NCBI GenBank assembly: GCA_965372715.1
Contig: CBDVDH010000042.1
Location: 1 to 34,342, forward strand
Reading direction: 5' to 3'
Source: an uncultured bacterium
GTDB lineage: Bacteria > B130-G9
Length of the DNA stretch: 34,342 bases
Part shown: piece after piece, positions 8,574-17,504 of the stretch
Position numbering within the stretch: the stretch's first letter is position 1
Layout: each line of letters opens with the position of its first letter
Position numbers and translations under genes: made by a program
Notes under the pieces: model-generated
Databases searched by the model: none
What the model saw: the letters and a program-made list of their open reading frames with translations, nothing else
Told to the model about the DNA's origin: nothing

Positions 8574-11141
8574 TCAGGGCGTTGAGGTGCTTACACTCGT
8601 TATGGTGATGCGATCGACGGCTAGTGTGATGTGGCGTGGGTCGGGGAATTGGCCGAATCTGAGGCTCGCGGCGCCCTTGTCGGCAACGTTCGCCATCTGG
8701 GGATAATCAGCCATGAATCTGCATCCTATGGCCACGAACGGGGCGCGAGAATCGTGCGGGACCGAGATGTCGATACCTATGCTGTTGAACGCCTCGACAA
8801 GTTCCGGTTGAAGCGGCGCCTCGCCCTCGTCTATTGCAGCGACGTAGAGCGTGTCCGCTGGAATCGTCGCAAGAAGCGACTGGAGCTCTGCGATCTCGGC
8901 AAGCCTGGCTACTGAGGCGTCGCAGAGCCATCGGGGCCTGCCGGCGGCGTCTTTCGTCATGAGGCGCAGTCGGCCGATGCCTCCATAGGCAAAGAAGTTC
9001 TTGCCGCTATCAGTCAAGAGTGACAGCGACCTCCGCAGCCAATCCGGGTCGGTCTTGAGAACGCCAAACGTTCTGCTGGAGACCGCAATCAAAGCGGAAT
9101 CTGGAGTGGTTCTTAGACGCTTGGCGAGCGCCGTTTGCTGCTCGGGCGAGGCGCCGAACTCGAGCGTCTCTACGACGAATGATTCTGGCCGGGCGGGGTC
9201 GATGGCGGCGATGTTGATGCCGAACCGGTTGGGTGATACTTGTCGTCCATCGAGTAGTATCTCGGAGGCCAGACCAGCGCCGCAGTCCTTGCTTGTCAGC
9301 GCCAGGTTGGCATTGAAGATGGTCTCCGTGTGGGGTATCTTGAACCCGTGCGGGCCATCTCGCGTCGGTGCGCTTGACGACACCGAAAGCAGCAAAACGT
9401 TCAGGCCAGGTCTCAGCGCTCCGGCCGGGCATGGCAGGATGATTGTCGCCCATTCATCTACGACCAACAATGGCACAAGGGCGAAACCGTTAAGCGTCGC
9501 ACTGAACCTGGATAGCCTCGTCGGCCCGCGTGCCCTGATCGCCAAAAACGCCGGGCCGGATAACTCGGTACGAAAGACCGTGGCGGAGCGTCTGGCAGCC
9601 CATCGAAAGGGAGTTAAGCCCCATCGCTCCCTTTGAAACCAACCCTCGCCAAATACCGCGCCCTCATTGCGCGAGCCGACGTCGATCACTTGATTGTGAC
9701 CGGGCCCAGACGGAGGCAGTCGGAGCGCCTGGTAGGCAGTCGAGACGGGCGCCTCGAGCGTATATGAGAGATTGACGGCGCTTGGCAACTTGGCCAGCCA
9801 ACAGAACCATTCAGCAGCGGTCGTGAACTGCCCCTGAACGAGATTCGAGAGTGACGGCGCACGGTCTCTAGGCAAGTCCCAAGTTACGTATCTGGTCAAC
9901 AGAATGGCGTTGAGGAATATCAGAAATATAACGAGGGCGATCGCAGACCGGAAGACTAGCTTGCGGGCGGGCCTTTGTAGGTTGATCGAGGTTCTGGGGG
10001 CCGGAGCAACGAGCGCGGCGAGGCCGTATGCCAGAATAGGGAAGAGGCCGATGAAGCGCCTTGCGCCGTAAGCCTCACCCGCCCACCAGTCCATGATCGA
10101 TGCGTTGAGATAGACTTGCAGCAAGAAGACGGGGAGCATCGCGATTGCGAGCCGGTCGCGTCTGAACGCTGCGCGCATAAGACCGATGACTGCGATCAGG
10201 GCGATGGGTGTCCATAGGAAAAGCCCGCCGCGTGCAGAGAAGAGCACATCGAGGATGTGGGGGTGGCTCGGGTCGATGAACCCGCCGGTCTGAGGGATCG
10301 TCAGGAGCTTGCCGTAGATTATCTTCCAGGCAATCATTTGTGGCAGAAAGGCTACAAAAGCGGCGACCGCCGATATCGCTATCCCAGCGATAGGCGGTTT
10401 CGACCTCTTGCGACGGTTTTCCGGAAGCAGCCAGGCGAGCAGCAAAAGAACGGCGGGAATGATCGCGAAGATGATGTTCTGCCACCTGACGAGCGACATC
10501 AGACCCGCGAGAACGCCGAGCACTACCCAGTCGGAGCGCTTTTGGAATTGGCCTATCGAGGCGGCCTTTGCGACAAAGATGGAAACCGCGAATATCGACA
10601 GCGCATGGGACATGAATGGCTCAAACACCTGATAGTAGATGGCGGCGCCGGCCAGCCAGATTGAGAGTGTGCCCAAAAGGGCGGGCCCCGGACCCAGTCG
10701 CCTGCTCACGAATCGGTAGGTGGCGATGATCCCGATGAAGCTAGCGATTATCGAGGCGAGGCAGATTGCGGTGTAGTATGGCTCGCCCTTGCCCTGATTG
10801 ACGTTGCCGACGTACTCTGGCGCCATCGCGAGAGAGATTACCCTCGCAACGAGGAAGAACGGCGACCAGATTATCGCTGGCCCGACAGAGAAGACGTTTG
10901 GCGCCGGGCCCTTGGCATTGACGCAGATGTGCGCGATGAGCGGGTCGTCTCTTGGGAACATCTCGTAGTCGTTTCTCAGGTCAAGGTCCCGGTCGAATAC
11001 CGCCGAGCGGAGGTAAATGTAGTAGTTCTGCCCGTCGCCGTCCATGCGTCCGCCGATGAATATGAACAGAAGAAGGACGACAACCATGGGGATACCGAGG
11101 AGAATGAGAGCGGTAGAGGCAGACCTCTTGGGTTTGCTCAC
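8574..11141 (-). CDS. Integral membrane GT-C (PMT/GT39-like) glycosyltransferase with extracytoplasmic C-terminal ILEI-like domains
   Basis: DGDGQNYYIYLRS...D motif after TM1, many TM helices, WWAGEAYGARRF; C-terminus GINIAAIDP...ALIAVS and YVAAIDEG...PFVAIG resembles ILEI/PANDER. Confidence 0.7.
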   Translation of the reverse strand: MSKPKRSASTALILLGIPMVVVLLLFIFIGGRMDGDGQNYYIYLRSAVFDRDLDLRNDYEMFPRDDPLIAHICVNAKGPAPNVFSVGPAIIWSPFFLVARVISLAMAPEYVGNVNQGKGEPYYTAICLASIIASFIGIIATYRFVSRRLGPGPALLGTLSIWLAGAAIYYQVFEPFMSHALSIFAVSIFVAKAASIGQFQKRSDWVVLGVLAGLMSLVRWQNIIFAIIPAVLLLLAWLLPENRRKRSKPPIAGIAISAVAAFVAFLPQMIAWKIIYGKLLTIPQTGGFIDPSHPHILDVLFSARGGLFLWTPIALIAVIGLMRAAFRRDRLAIAMLPVFLLQVYLNASIMDWWAGEAYGARRFIGLFPILAYGLAALVAPAPRTSINLQRPARKLVFRSAIALVIFLIFLNAILLTRYVTWDLPRDRAPSLSNLVQGQFTTAAEWFCWLAKLPSAVNLSYTLEAPVSTAYQALRLPPSGPGHNQVIDVGSRNEGAVFGEGWFQRERWGLTPFRWAARRSATVFRTELSGPAFLAIRARGPTRLSRFSATLNGFALVPLLVVDEWATIILPCPAGALRPGLNVLLLSVSSSAPTRDGPHGFKIPHTETIFNANLALTSKDCGAGLASEILLDGRQVSPNRFGINIAAIDPARPESFVVETLEFGASPEQQTALAKRLRTTPDSALIAVSSRTFGVLKTDPDWLRRSLSLLTDSGKNFFAYGGIGRLRLMTKDAAGRPRWLCDASVARLAEIAELQSLLATIPADTLYVAAIDEGEAPLQPELVEAFNSIGIDISVPHDSRAPFVAIGCRFMADYPQMANVADKGAASLRFGQFPDPRHITLAVDRITITSVSTSTP

Positions 11142-11143
11142 AC

Positions 11144-13666
11144 CTACTCCCTGAAAACCACAACTGTTGCGCCCGCTCCGCCCTGGTTGGGTGGGGCCTT
11201 GCTGACGCTTTCTATGAGCTTATTGTCCTTGAGCGCTTGGGCAACAGCGGCCCTTAAGACGCCTTTGCCATGGCCGTGCACGATCCTCACCTCCCTGAGG
11301 CCCCACAGATTCGCCTGGTCAAGATAACGCTCCAGCGCCTCGAGCGCCTCGTCCCTAGTCATCCCGATGAGCATGAGCTCCGGCGGGGGGCGCTTGGCGC
11401 CTGTCGCGAAGGCCGGTTGGGCAGCCTGTGCCTGCGGCTTGCGGGGAGACGCTGCGGGGACGAGGCTTGCGATCTTTGCCCTGACCTTAATGCTGCCGAA
11501 CGAGACCTCCGTCTCCTTCTTGGACTTGAAGACGTTCGTAACGTCGCCCTCGACATCGATGCCCGCCATCCGCACACGCATCCCCTTGCGAATCGTCTCG
11601 AGCGTGAGCCCCTCTGCGTCAGGGGCCTTTGGTTTAGCTGTGCCTCCGGCCCTCCCCGAGACCTCCTTCTTGAGCGTTTCGATTCGTGTTCTTGCCCGGT
11701 CGGCGTCGGTAGTTGCCAGCGTCTCAGCGGACCTCTTCCCGCGAAGCGAAGCCATGATGCTCCTAATCTCTGCCTTTGCCTTCTGGATGAGCTCATTCGC
11801 GTCTCGTTTTGCTGAGTCGAGTATCTGCTGTGAACGCTCCTTGGCAAAGCCAACCGACTTCTCGACCTCCGCCTGCATCGCTGACGTCTCTTGCGCTTTT
11901 CTGGTCAACTCCGCGGATTGTGCCCGCACCGTGGATTTCTCCTTGTCGAGAAACGCCAGAAGCTCGCTGACGCGCCTCGACTCGACCGAAAGCGACGATT
12001 TGGCTTTTTCAATAAGGGCCTTTGGCAGACCAAGTCGCTCGGCTATCTCAAAGGCGTTGCTCGAGCCCGGAAGCCCTATCACAAGCCGATACGTTGGCGA
12101 TAGAGACACAGCGTCGAACTGAACCGACGCGTTTTTTACGCCTTCTGTTGAGTGAGCAAACACTTTGATTGAGTTGTGGTGCGTCGTGGCGATGGTATGC
12201 GCGCCGGATCCGGTTACGTGCCTTAAGATTGCCACGGCAAGCGCTGAGCCCTCCGACGGGTCAGTTCCTGCGCCCATCTCGTCAAGCAGCACTAGGCTCT
12301 TGGGCGTGAGGTTCTCGATTATCGTGACGATCTGGCCCAGGTGCGACGAGAAGGTACTGAGGGACTGCTCTATGCCTTGCTCGTCGCCGATGTCAGCGAA
12401 GATTTGGTCGTATAAAGGCACGCTTGAGCCTTCCTGGGCGGGGATGTGAAAGCCCGTCAATGTCAGCAATGTCAAGAGGCCGGTTGTCTTTAGCGCGACA
12501 GTTTTGCCGCCCGTGTTTGGCCCTGTAATGACGAGGGTGCGATGGTCGCCGCCAACGGCGATATTGATCGGGATCACGGCCGTTCTGCCATCCTCCTCTT
12601 CCTGCTCCTGCTCCTGCTCACCCGCCTTCAGGGAAAGGAATCTCCGCGAGAGCTCCGCGCTCGTCAGCTCCTCGCTTTCGGAGGTCTCCTCGTTACACTC
12701 TGATGTTTTGTCACTCTTGTAGCCCCTCTGGGCCAAGACAAGCAGCGGGTGCCTCGCCTGGTTGAGGACTAAGCGGCCATCGGCGGCGATTTGTGGCATT
12801 CTGGCGTCGAGCAGGTTCGAGAATCTGGCCCTGGCAAGGATACAGTCGATCTGGGCAAGCAGCTCCACATTTCTTGCGATATCGTCAGCTGATTCCCCCA
12901 CGAGGGACGTAAGTTCGCGCAGTATTCGCTCGATCTCGCGCTCTTCGGCGATCTGAAGCTGCCGAACCTGGTTGTTGAGCTCAATCGTTTCCTTCGGCTC
13001 GACGAACACCGTCGCGCCGCTGGCGGACTGGTCGTGAATGATCCCTGGAACTGCCGAGCGCCTCTCGCTCTTCACGGGCAGGACGTAGCGCCCGTCTCTA
13101 ACGGTAGTGTATTGCTCCTGCGTGGCCAGGACGCCGTCCCGTGAACGAAGCAGCAGGTCGAGCTTCTCCTTAATCCTCCTCTGCGTCGTGTGTATCTTGA
13201 TGCGGATGCGACGGAGCTCCGGGCTGGCGTTGTCCCGGACCTCGCCGCTCGGCGCGATAGCGAGCTCGACGGCTTCCGTCAGTTCGGGAAGCTCGGTGAG
13301 CAACGCGACCTTGCGATTGAGCCTGCTGAGGGTAATGGTCAAATTCGCGAACCGCGTTTTCAGCCGTTGACAGGCGCGGAGCGTCTCGGAAACGTCAAGC
13401 AGCGATTCAGGGGGCAGGACGGAGCCGGACAGACGGCTTCTTGAGATCGCATCGTCTATGGTCTTGACGCCCGCAAGCGGCGAGCCGATCGTCCGCAGGA
13501 GCTCCACGCCCTCGCTCGTCTCCGCCAGAAGATTCTCGACCACAAGCCTGTCTGACTGCGGCGCAAGGCTCTCAACCTCTGCCTGGCCCTTCACCGTCTC
13601 GGCAAGCGAGGCGCTGAGGGCGATCATCTTCGAAAAATCGAGCAATCGAAGTGTCTTCTCGTCCAT
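11144..13666 (-). CDS. mutS2: Endonuclease MutS2 (ribosome-collision factor RqcU-like)
   Basis: HDQSASGATVFVEP, ITGPNTGGKT, DIGDEQGIEQSLSTFSSH, LLDEMGAGTDP, coiled coil, KOW-like region, Smr domain (IVHGHGKGVLR...GGAGAT). Confidence 0.96.
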   Translation of the reverse strand: MDEKTLRLLDFSKMIALSASLAETVKGQAEVESLAPQSDRLVVENLLAETSEGVELLRTIGSPLAGVKTIDDAISRSRLSGSVLPPESLLDVSETLRACQRLKTRFANLTITLSRLNRKVALLTELPELTEAVELAIAPSGEVRDNASPELRRIRIKIHTTQRRIKEKLDLLLRSRDGVLATQEQYTTVRDGRYVLPVKSERRSAVPGIIHDQSASGATVFVEPKETIELNNQVRQLQIAEEREIERILRELTSLVGESADDIARNVELLAQIDCILARARFSNLLDARMPQIAADGRLVLNQARHPLLVLAQRGYKSDKTSECNEETSESEELTSAELSRRFLSLKAGEQEQEQEEEDGRTAVIPINIAVGGDHRTLVITGPNTGGKTVALKTTGLLTLLTLTGFHIPAQEGSSVPLYDQIFADIGDEQGIEQSLSTFSSHLGQIVTIIENLTPKSLVLLDEMGAGTDPSEGSALAVAILRHVTGSGAHTIATTHHNSIKVFAHSTEGVKNASVQFDAVSLSPTYRLVIGLPGSSNAFEIAERLGLPKALIEKAKSSLSVESRRVSELLAFLDKEKSTVRAQSAELTRKAQETSAMQAEVEKSVGFAKERSQQILDSAKRDANELIQKAKAEIRSIMASLRGKRSAETLATTDADRARTRIETLKKEVSGRAGGTAKPKAPDAEGLTLETIRKGMRVRMAGIDVEGDVTNVFKSKKETEVSFGSIKVRAKIASLVPAASPRKPQAQAAQPAFATGAKRPPPELMLIGMTRDEALEALERYLDQANLWGLREVRIVHGHGKGVLRAAVAQALKDNKLIESVSKAPPNQGGAGATVVVFRE

Positions 13667-13697
13667 TTGGTCGCTCCCGGTCGTTTATCGTTGCTCA

Positions 13698-13726
13698 AAA
13701 GTAGTCTGGGCGGCGCGGGGTGTCAA
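13698..13726 (-). promoter_or_regulatory. Putative sigma70 promoter of mutS2
   Basis: TTGACA-17 nt-TACTTT on the minus strand, about 30 bp before the ATG. Confidence 0.6.
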
Positions 13727-13756
13727 GAAAGTGGCCGGAGCGATTGATCGGAAGGA

Positions 13757-13944
13757 ATCCACGAATGACACGAAGAGGCACGAAGAGAGGTTAGCTGACC
13801 TCGTCTGTATCTCTTGTCGTTGTCTCCGGATTGGGCTTTGTAGGGGCAGCTCACAAGCCGCGCTCTGTTTCTCACCGTGGCTCGTCCGGGAGTCTGGCAA
13901 GATCGAGAAAACGACCTTCGTGTGCCTTCGTGTCCTTCGTGGAT
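13757..13944. repeat. MITE/REPIN-like element bounded by inverted (CACGAA)x3 ends, with an internal GTAG half-REP
   Basis: ATCCACGAATGACACGAAGAGGCACGAAG (13757-13785) and CTTCGTGTGCCTTCGTGTCCTTCGTGGAT (13916-13944); TGTAGGGGCAGC at 13839. Confidence 0.75.
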
Positions 13945-13968
13945 AATCAATCCCATCGGGCGGGAAAG

Positions 13969-14041
13969 TGGAGCTGGGGGGACTCGAACCCCCGACCTCC
14001 TGAATGCGAATCAGGCGCGCTCCCAACTGCGCCACAACCCC
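13969..14041 (-). tRNA. tRNA-Ala (anticodon CGC), CCA not encoded
   Basis: GGGGTTG/CAGCTCC acceptor stem with G3:U70 and discriminator A; anticodon arm CCTGA-TTCGCAT-TCAGG; T arm GGGGG-TTCGAGT-CCCCC. Confidence 0.96.
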
Positions 14042-14102
14042 ACTTGGTTCATTCAAGTCAATAACAATACTTGCGATCGAGAGGTTTTGGCAAGAGGCGA
14101 AA

Positions 14103-14160
14103 GGGTCAATAGGTCAAGAAGGGAGAAAGGGACAAGAGGAGAAAAGGAAAAAGGGAAAGG
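14103..14160. repeat. Octamer-phased tandem repeats (GGGTCAAT-type, then AAGGGARA-type)
   Basis: gggtcaat aggtcaag aagggaga aagggaca agaggaga aaaggaaa aagggaaa. Confidence 0.7.
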
Positions 14161-14205
14161 GGACCCGCGGGACCACCTGACATGGCGATGGTTGGCTTCC
14201 GTTTT

Positions 14206-14841
14206 TTATCCGCTTGAGAGACCTATTCTCTCTTCGAGGACTTGAAACAGGGCCTCGCAGTGAGGTGCCGCGTTGCGCACCTTGGCCGCATCAAGCAGTT
14301 CGAGTATCTTAGGCCCGTGACGTGTCTTGTGATACTCCTTTGCGGTCGTGTTTCGGGTTGCCTTCTTCAGTGAATTATAGAGATCGTCTTTCGGGATTTG
14401 CTCCACATCTGCGCGCCTCGGAAGCGCCGTCCTGCTGAAGCCTTGCCCGTAGAATCTCGCCAGGGCGCTCTTGTCCGCGACGAACCATGCCTCCATCATT
14501 TGCACCATCAAATGGCAATGCTTCTCGTCATCGATCGTAAGTTCCCATCTGTCCTCTTCCCTCTCGCGAAGGTGCTTCCACGAGGGGCAATTCAAAGGAA
14601 CAGATTCTTCAGAATCCACAAGTAGGATGTTGAAAGCATCTCGATGCTGCTGCTTCGCGATCTTGAAAGCTCGGTGTGTCTGGCCTCTGTTACCAGATGC
14701 TACGACGGACCATCTGACGTGTTCTGAGCGTGCGCTCTGTCGGATTCTGTCTAGGAATTGGCTGAAACCACGCTTTAGATTCCGCCGGTCATTGCCCCGG
14801 TCTCCCCCACCCTCGACATAGATCCTGATCTCCTTCACCAT
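14206..14841 (-). CDS. DUF4276-like (TOPRIM-related) protein, partner of upstream ATPase; putative defence effector
   Basis: ATG overlaps ATPase stop; IYVEGGG, LLVDSE, MVQMMEAWFVAD, EYHKTRHGPKIL motifs. Confidence 0.8.
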   Translation of the reverse strand: MVKEIRIYVEGGGDRGNDRRNLKRGFSQFLDRIRQSARSEHVRWSVVASGNRGQTHRAFKIAKQQHRDAFNILLVDSEESVPLNCPSWKHLREREEDRWELTIDDEKHCHLMVQMMEAWFVADKSALARFYGQGFSRTALPRRADVEQIPKDDLYNSLKKATRNTTAKEYHKTRHGPKILELLDAAKVRNAAPHCEALFQVLEERIGLSSG

Positions 14842-16058
14842 CGACTGCCACCTATTTCGCCCATCGCCCAGAGATCGCCCAGAGAATACTCTTTCAGCCA
14901 TTCCTTGAGTTTCTCACGCTCTAGACGCCGCATTGAGGTACCGCCGGCGTCCTGCTCGCAGACGAGAATGGATTCGGGCGTGTCTGAAAGTGCAGAGACC
15001 AGAATCTCTGAATGCGTCGTTACGATCAGCTGCGTGCGCTTTGACGCCTCGATCAGCAGCTCGGCGACGGTCCCGATGACATCGGGATGGAGCCCAAGCT
15101 CTGGCTCCTCAATGCAGATCAAAGGCGGCGGCTCAGGATGGCAGAGGATGACGAGAAGGCAGAGATAGCGAAGCGTGCCAGCAGATACACGATTTGCAGG
15201 AATAATTGTCCCTTCCCACTCATGTAAACAGGGCAGAACGGTTCCTCCTCTTACGCGCACGGTGAAGTCCCTAAAACCGTCATATAACTTCCGGAGGAGG
15301 CTACGCACATTGTCGGCAGCCTCTTTGCGATGCTGAAGGTCATTAAGGACCATGCCTAGATTACTTGCATCCTCAAGAAGGAAATCCTCGGGCAGGTCTG
15401 TGGATTGGGACGACCTAACAGGGCTGCCGGCATCCAAGCGCCAATCCCTAAACAAGTATATCCCGGCATACTTGCTGACCAAATCTGGAATCTCCGCTCG
15501 GTGAGTCAGACCGGCAGGCTGTTCAAGAATCGACTTCCGCGGATCAAGGTCTGATATTGATCTTTTGGGCCCCGATTCGTTTCGTTTGGGCTCGCCCGAA
15601 CTCACCTCAGCAGCTTTATTTCCCGGCTCTTTCTTTCGGGAGTACACTCGACGCGGGCGTCCCTTCGTATCAAACCTGTAAAGTCTCTCATTATCCATAT
15701 GAAATCGTTGGCCAATCTCCGTGAATGAAATAAAATGCCCAATTGCCTGATCGTCGAGCACATTGACCGTCACTGAGATCTCAGCGACGGGTGTATGCAC
15801 TTCACCTCGCTTCCACAACCAATCAGCGATCCCACCTCCTCGACGAATTGCCCCTTGCATATCAATTGGCGCAGCCTTCAGCAGAGAAATTGCGGCGATG
15901 AAATTCGACTTCCCCGACGCGTTCGGCCCGATGAGGACGTTCAACGGCTGGAGCTCAATCTCCTCGCTGTCGGGGCCAAACGACAGAAGATTACGGAGGC
16001 GAATCGATCGAATGAACCTGTTGGTTGCTTGCTCTTGTTTCTTGGCTTTCTTGGTCAT
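14835..16058 (-). CDS. AAA_21/SMC-like ABC ATPase
   Basis: LNVLIGPNASGKSN, VSAGT signature, ICIEEPELGLHP, VTTHS, C-terminal SLGDLWAMGEIGG; ATG 16058 with GGAGAAGGA RBS. Confidence 0.9.
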   Translation of the reverse strand: MTKKAKKQEQATNRFIRSIRLRNLLSFGPDSEEIELQPLNVLIGPNASGKSNFIAAISLLKAAPIDMQGAIRRGGGIADWLWKRGEVHTPVAEISVTVNVLDDQAIGHFISFTEIGQRFHMDNERLYRFDTKGRPRRVYSRKKEPGNKAAEVSSGEPKRNESGPKRSISDLDPRKSILEQPAGLTHRAEIPDLVSKYAGIYLFRDWRLDAGSPVRSSQSTDLPEDFLLEDASNLGMVLNDLQHRKEAADNVRSLLRKLYDGFRDFTVRVRGGTVLPCLHEWEGTIIPANRVSAGTLRYLCLLVILCHPEPPPLICIEEPELGLHPDVIGTVAELLIEASKRTQLIVTTHSEILVSALSDTPESILVCEQDAGGTSMRRLEREKLKEWLKEYSLGDLWAMGEIGGSRW

Positions 16059-16201
16059 TCGTCCTTCTCCAGCACATGTCTTGCCAATCCTGGCGTTACC
16101 TGCTTGCGCCAAGCATCAGATAACACATCATTGTATTCAAGGGGAACATTTACTCAAGACTGGCGCGAAAGCCGTCGTCTTGGAACCGACCGAATGTTGG
16201 A

Positions 16202-17401
16202 CTACTGCGTCAGCAGGCGCTGAGTGGCCAGTCTCGCAATTCCATATAGATCCGCCTCGCGCTCGCAGCTTTCGGTCACGACGTTCATGGGGCGGAGTTC
16301 GGCGACGTCGATGAGCTTCAGGACTATGATGTAGGCGCCGCTGCGCTTCTCGATGGAGCCGACGACGAGAGTTGAGGCGCTCAGTGAGCGGCCCATCTCG
16401 GCCCAGCAGTCTGGCGTGTCGCAGTCCGCTGTCAATTGCTCTGCGCCGAGCATGTCCTGCATTTCGCTATGGCTGAGGACGCCGAGATCAGATTCTCTTA
16501 GGAGAGTGTTCCGGAGAACGTTTGCCAGGGACTCGGCGATGTTACGCTCAACGTTGACGGGATTCGGGCCGATTACCGCTATCCGACTCGATCTCATTCT
16601 CTCCGTGTATCGCACATCGCGTTCTTGCATCAGGTTCTCCCAATAGTCCGCGTCCTTGACGGCAAGGGCGTCGTAGATACTCAGCGCGAAGGACTCGATC
16701 TGCGGTCGGAGGAAGTCTTGGAGCGGCTGTAACCTAACATAAGGACGGTGGAGCACAGTAGGCGTGCTGCCGATTATCCACCGCTTCGTTCTGCCAGAGA
16801 CCCGTTGAGTCGCGACGATTTCACCCGTTACGTCGCGGCATTCAAGCGCAACATCGACGATGTAGTAGCAGTCTCCGTAGCTCAGAAGGCCGAACAGGGG
16901 GATAACGCCGGGCACGAGCCCTAGGCCAAACAGGGAATAGTGAGCACGAGCAGTCGTCTTGTGGATCGTTCCTGATATCTCAAATAGCGGGGCGGTTTGG
17001 GGGGATAGATCGGCGTCGAGTTCGCGAAATCGGAATATGCCCTTTGACTTGAGGTGCCGCTTGACCATAGTCCTGAACTGATCGCGCAGCAGCGGGCACT
17101 CTTCGGACGGCTCGTATTCGGCGTAGGCGCCCTTCTTGGCCGGCTCCTTGTAGAACTGTGGGAACTCGCACGTTGTGTATGGAACGAGCCATATCGCGAG
17201 GTATGTGTTTCCTCTGGCCGGGCCAGACCTCTCGTCGATGAAGTCCTTGACCACAGCGACCGGCGCCTCAGGAACATCTGTGAGCCGCATCTCACCAGCC
17301 GGCGGAGCGTAGTAGATATTCCTGACGACCTTGCAGTGGCAGCCGAGCGAGGCTAGCGATACGAAGCCCAAGAGGATGCTGACGAGAGGGACAAGTTGCA
17401 C
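16202..17401 (-). CDS. Putative lipoprotein with C-terminal CsgG/TolB-N/DUF2380-like domain
   Basis: GTG start with GAGGAG RBS, hydrophobic signal ending SLGC; C-terminal CDTPDCWAEMGRSLSASTLVVGSI...LKLIDV pattern. Confidence 0.6.
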   Translation of the reverse strand: MQLVPLVSILLGFVSLASLGCHCKVVRNIYYAPPAGEMRLTDVPEAPVAVVKDFIDERSGPARGNTYLAIWLVPYTTCEFPQFYKEPAKKGAYAEYEPSEECPLLRDQFRTMVKRHLKSKGIFRFRELDADLSPQTAPLFEISGTIHKTTARAHYSLFGLGLVPGVIPLFGLLSYGDCYYIVDVALECRDVTGEIVATQRVSGRTKRWIIGSTPTVLHRPYVRLQPLQDFLRPQIESFALSIYDALAVKDADYWENLMQERDVRYTERMRSSRIAVIGPNPVNVERNIAESLANVLRNTLLRESDLGVLSHSEMQDMLGAEQLTADCDTPDCWAEMGRSLSASTLVVGSIEKRSGAYIIVLKLIDVAELRPMNVVTESCEREADLYGIARLATQRLLTQ

Positions 17402-17504
17402 TGCATTCCTCTCCTCGAGTGATTTCCAGTGCATCTCAGCGCAGGTCCCCATCGGGAGGAGACTGAAGGGCTATGCACGGATGACAAGATGCTTCGGGCA
17501 TATT

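Noticed and set aside
12581-12735. Intein in MutS2
   Set aside because: Too short, no C/S start with HN end, no LAGLIDADG motif
13685-14245. ORFs spanning the tRNA and repeats
   Set aside because: Translations of tRNA and repeat DNA, not protein-like
13969-16200. tRNA-anchored genomic island
   Set aside because: No integrase, no duplicated tRNA 3' end found, and the module lies on the 5' side of the tRNA
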